The notes beneath the pieces were generated by a model. That model ran no database searches. It saw nothing but the letters and a program-made list of their open reading frames with translations, and was not told the DNA's origin. The position numbers and the translations under genes are program-made. Below are positions 61,538 through 64,000 of a DNA stretch of 64,000 nucleotides, one piece after another. The stretch comes from Octopus sinensis (taxonomy: Eukaryota), in the NCBI RefSeq assembly GCF_006345805.1, contig NC_043004.1, positions 93,186,001 to 93,250,000 of the forward strand, given 5' to 3'. How positions within the stretch are numbered: the stretch's first letter is position 1; each line of letters starts with the position of its first letter.

Positions 61538-61908
61538 TCTCTCTATATGTAAACGGCAAAATGTCTGTCTGTGTGTGTGTCCTTTATACAAATCCACAAT
61601 TTTTCAGTTAGAGAGCTCACACTTTCTATGGTCATTCAAAACCGTCCAAGGGTGGTCGTGCACATCATTACATTTCCCCCAGTCAACCCGCAAAGCCATT
61701 AAAAAAATCAATAGAAGTGACTTTTTTGTGAATTTTCATCCAAAACCCAATCAAAATGCCCGAAACTTGATACGCTATTTGAATGCCAGCTAGCTGTATG
61801 TGATTGGTTAGAGATTTGGACAGTACTCGCGTGTAATGTGCGCACGAACGCAGTTTTATATGCATGCACTAGCACTATGACCCGGCAACGCCGGGTCATA
61901 GTGCTAGT
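61538..61908 (+). mobile_element. Non-autonomous Helitron
   Basis: A|TC 5' end at 61538, CTAG|T 3' end, perfect 19-bp-arm terminal hairpin. Confidence 0.88.
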
Positions 61909-62021
61909 CAGTATTAATGTCAATTGTAGATCATGGAAATTCTGACAACAGATATGTGCTTTTTTATTGTATTTACAGTAGTATTTGCAATAACTGCATC
62001 GGAGAACTCTAAAGTATCCGT

Positions 62022-63018
62022 AGTGGATCTTTTCATTTTGAAGGCCAGATTTTCCTAGTTAACTAAACAATTTGAAACTTCGTATACTGGTAGAATGTGT
62101 CAAAAGAAAACATTATTGTAAACAAGATTGTAATTCGTAACTTAAACGTAGTTTAATTTTAAGAATTTTAACCAATGAAATCGCAGCATTCGAGCTCAAA
62201 TTATTTACCTCTTCTTCTGTCTTCTACATGTACTAGAAATAACAGCTATATCTCTTAGATCGATTAATTTCGTCGCCCAATAAAAATATTAACGATATTT
62301 TATGAATATTTTCTTTTTTTTTACCGGAAAGGCTTCTCCCATGGTTTTGAAGGGCCAGAAACAACAAAAACAAAACAATAATATGCCTAAATCGGTCTCG
62401 AGTTTGCGCGTGGAGTGTGAGTAGTATTGTAAAAATTTGTGAAATATTTTTTCATAAAAGGATGCCCCCAGCTTGTCGGAAGCTGTGATATAAATTGGGG
62501 AAAAAATCCTCGACACCAGTGCGTAATTGGTACTTAATTTATCGACCCCGAAACGATGAAACATTGACCCCCCCCCTTCTGGTTTATTTACCTTTTGTGC
62601 AAATTTGTTGCGGCAAGTGGCAAAACACGAACGTGTAATGTATGCTTGTGTGCGTATGTGTGTGTATGTATGTCCGTTTGTATGTGTGTGTACGCTTATA
62701 TATTAATTACTATGTGCTTGTGCAAATGTATATGCATGTGTTTGAGAGAGAGAGAGAGAGAGAGAGAGTGTGTGTGTGTCGTGCGTTTGCTATATTTCTT
62801 TAGCAATATCGATAACGCAGCAATGCTGGGATTTCATTGGTTAAAATTCGAAGATGTTGGGATTTCATTGGTTAAAATTCTTAAAATTAAACTACGTTTA
62901 AGTTACAAATTACAATTTTGTTTACAATAATGTTTACTTTTGACACATTCTACCAGTATACGAAGTTTCAAATTGTTTAGTTAACTAGGAAAATCTGGCC
63001 TTCAAAATGAAAAGATCC
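62022..63018. mobile_element. MITE/foldback with ~165-bp inverted arms (related to 16025-17165)
   Basis: ggatct..cattttgaaggccagattttcctagttaactaaacaatttgaaacttcgtatactggtagaatgtgtcaaa is mirrored at 62855-63018. Confidence 0.88.
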
Positions 63019-63609
63019 AAAGTGGTTTCAATTAATGCAACACGAGAATATTTGCAGCTATAAAAGTTTTATCTCCTGAATCAGAAACGTTTTTAGAAGT
63101 CTCAAAATTATCTCCTATTTATGAAATTCGTGGGCATAAACTACTTGAATAGCTCATTTTATAAAGAATTGTGAGTTGCCAAACATTACATTTTAGAAAA
63201 CATTTCTTCAAAGAAGTTGATAGATATCCGAATCAGAGCTGAATCCCACTGCCAGTCTACGGCTTATATACATAGAGTGTGAAAACTATGTGCTGGTATG
63301 TCCGCATAATGCATACGTAAGAATAGACTCAAATAAGGTCGAGGTACGTGGTGTTGATAAGTCACAAACACGGTGAAACATCAATGTCCATCATTTCTGA
63401 ATGGGGCTTGGAGTAAGTTGTCTTCCCTGTCCATGAATTTCATGTGTTTTAACACCCGGTACTTTGAGAGAGTAGTTTCCACCACGAAAAGGTATTGAAA
63501 ATCTGTGATCCTTTTGGTACTATGTAGTGGTGTCTAGTTTGAGAGTTGGAATACCTTTCATTCTCAAAATTTGGCGCTAGATAACACACACACAAACTTA
63601 CATATATGT

Positions 63610-64000
63610 ATTTCTTTACTATCCACAAGGGGCTAAACAAGGACAGACAAACGGATTGATTCGATTACATCGACCCCAGTGCGTAACTGGTACTTAATTT
63701 ATCGAACCCGAAACGATGAAAGGTAAAGTCGACCTCGGCGGAATGTGAACCCAGAACGTAACAGCAGATGAAATACGTATTTCTTTACTACCCACAAGGG
63801 GCTAAACACAGAGGGGAAAAACAAGGACAGACAAACGGATTGATTCGATTACATCGACCCCAGTGCGTAACTGGTACTTAATTTATCGACCCCGAAAGGA
63901 TGAAAGGCAAAGTCGACCTCGGTGGAATGTGAACCCAGAACGTAACTGCAGACGAAATACGGCTACGCATTTCGCCCGGCGTGCTAACGTTTCTGCCAGC
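63610..64000 (-). mobile_element. SINE family A dimer (runs off the window)
   Basis: Two body units and one head. Confidence 0.9.

Larger units (their letters stand above)
61100..63340 (+). pseudogene. Fossil hAT (ZMYM1/Tip100-like) transposase C-terminal half, split by a Helitron and a MITE
   Basis: LLENILDVPNKLLQHDDYDL; frame continues across the Helitron (NTTQS|SVLMSIVDH...NCIGEL); after the MITE NTRIFAAIKVLSPESETFL; LPV..KNRL near the dimerisation domain. Confidence 0.58.

Overview
AT-rich, repeat-saturated animal genomic DNA. The (TA)n/(TATG)n/(TG)n microsatellite load and the tRNA-derived SINE families point to a coleoid cephalopod, most likely Octopus; this is an inference and no database search was run. 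I can support no intact host protein-coding gene, only a few candidate splice donors and small exons near 10.5-12 kb and 33.6-34.4 kb. Most long ORFs in the supplied track are translations of microsatellites. The window is mostly decayed transposons: Penelope-like elements (PLEs; a Neptune-type copy at 0.4-3.2 kb, a Hydra-clade-like copy at 57-60.7 kb, and fragments), LINE fragments (Tx1/L1, CR1, RTE, R4/Dong), a gag-only Tx1-like retroelement, mariner/Tc1/hAT fossils, non-autonomous Helitrons, MITE-like foldbacks and at least 25 SINE copies. There is also a 100-N gap flanked by a ~1 kb duplication that is probably an assembly artefact. Most notable: (1) about 11 type I hammerhead ribozyme motifs or remnants, one of them intact in the PLE pseudo-LTR. 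(2) Several 370-900 bp elements that look like MITEs but carry a hammerhead remnant between their arms; in two of them the arms resemble the PLE pseudo-LTR tail, which suggests PLE-mobilised ribozyme-capped hairpin elements. (3) SINE multimers flanked by a single target-site duplication. (4) A retroposed ORF1-only element. (5) A PLE with long Asn-rich insertions and a TGA at a conserved Cys position. All alignments, folds and identity figures were made by eye, and many boundaries are approximate.
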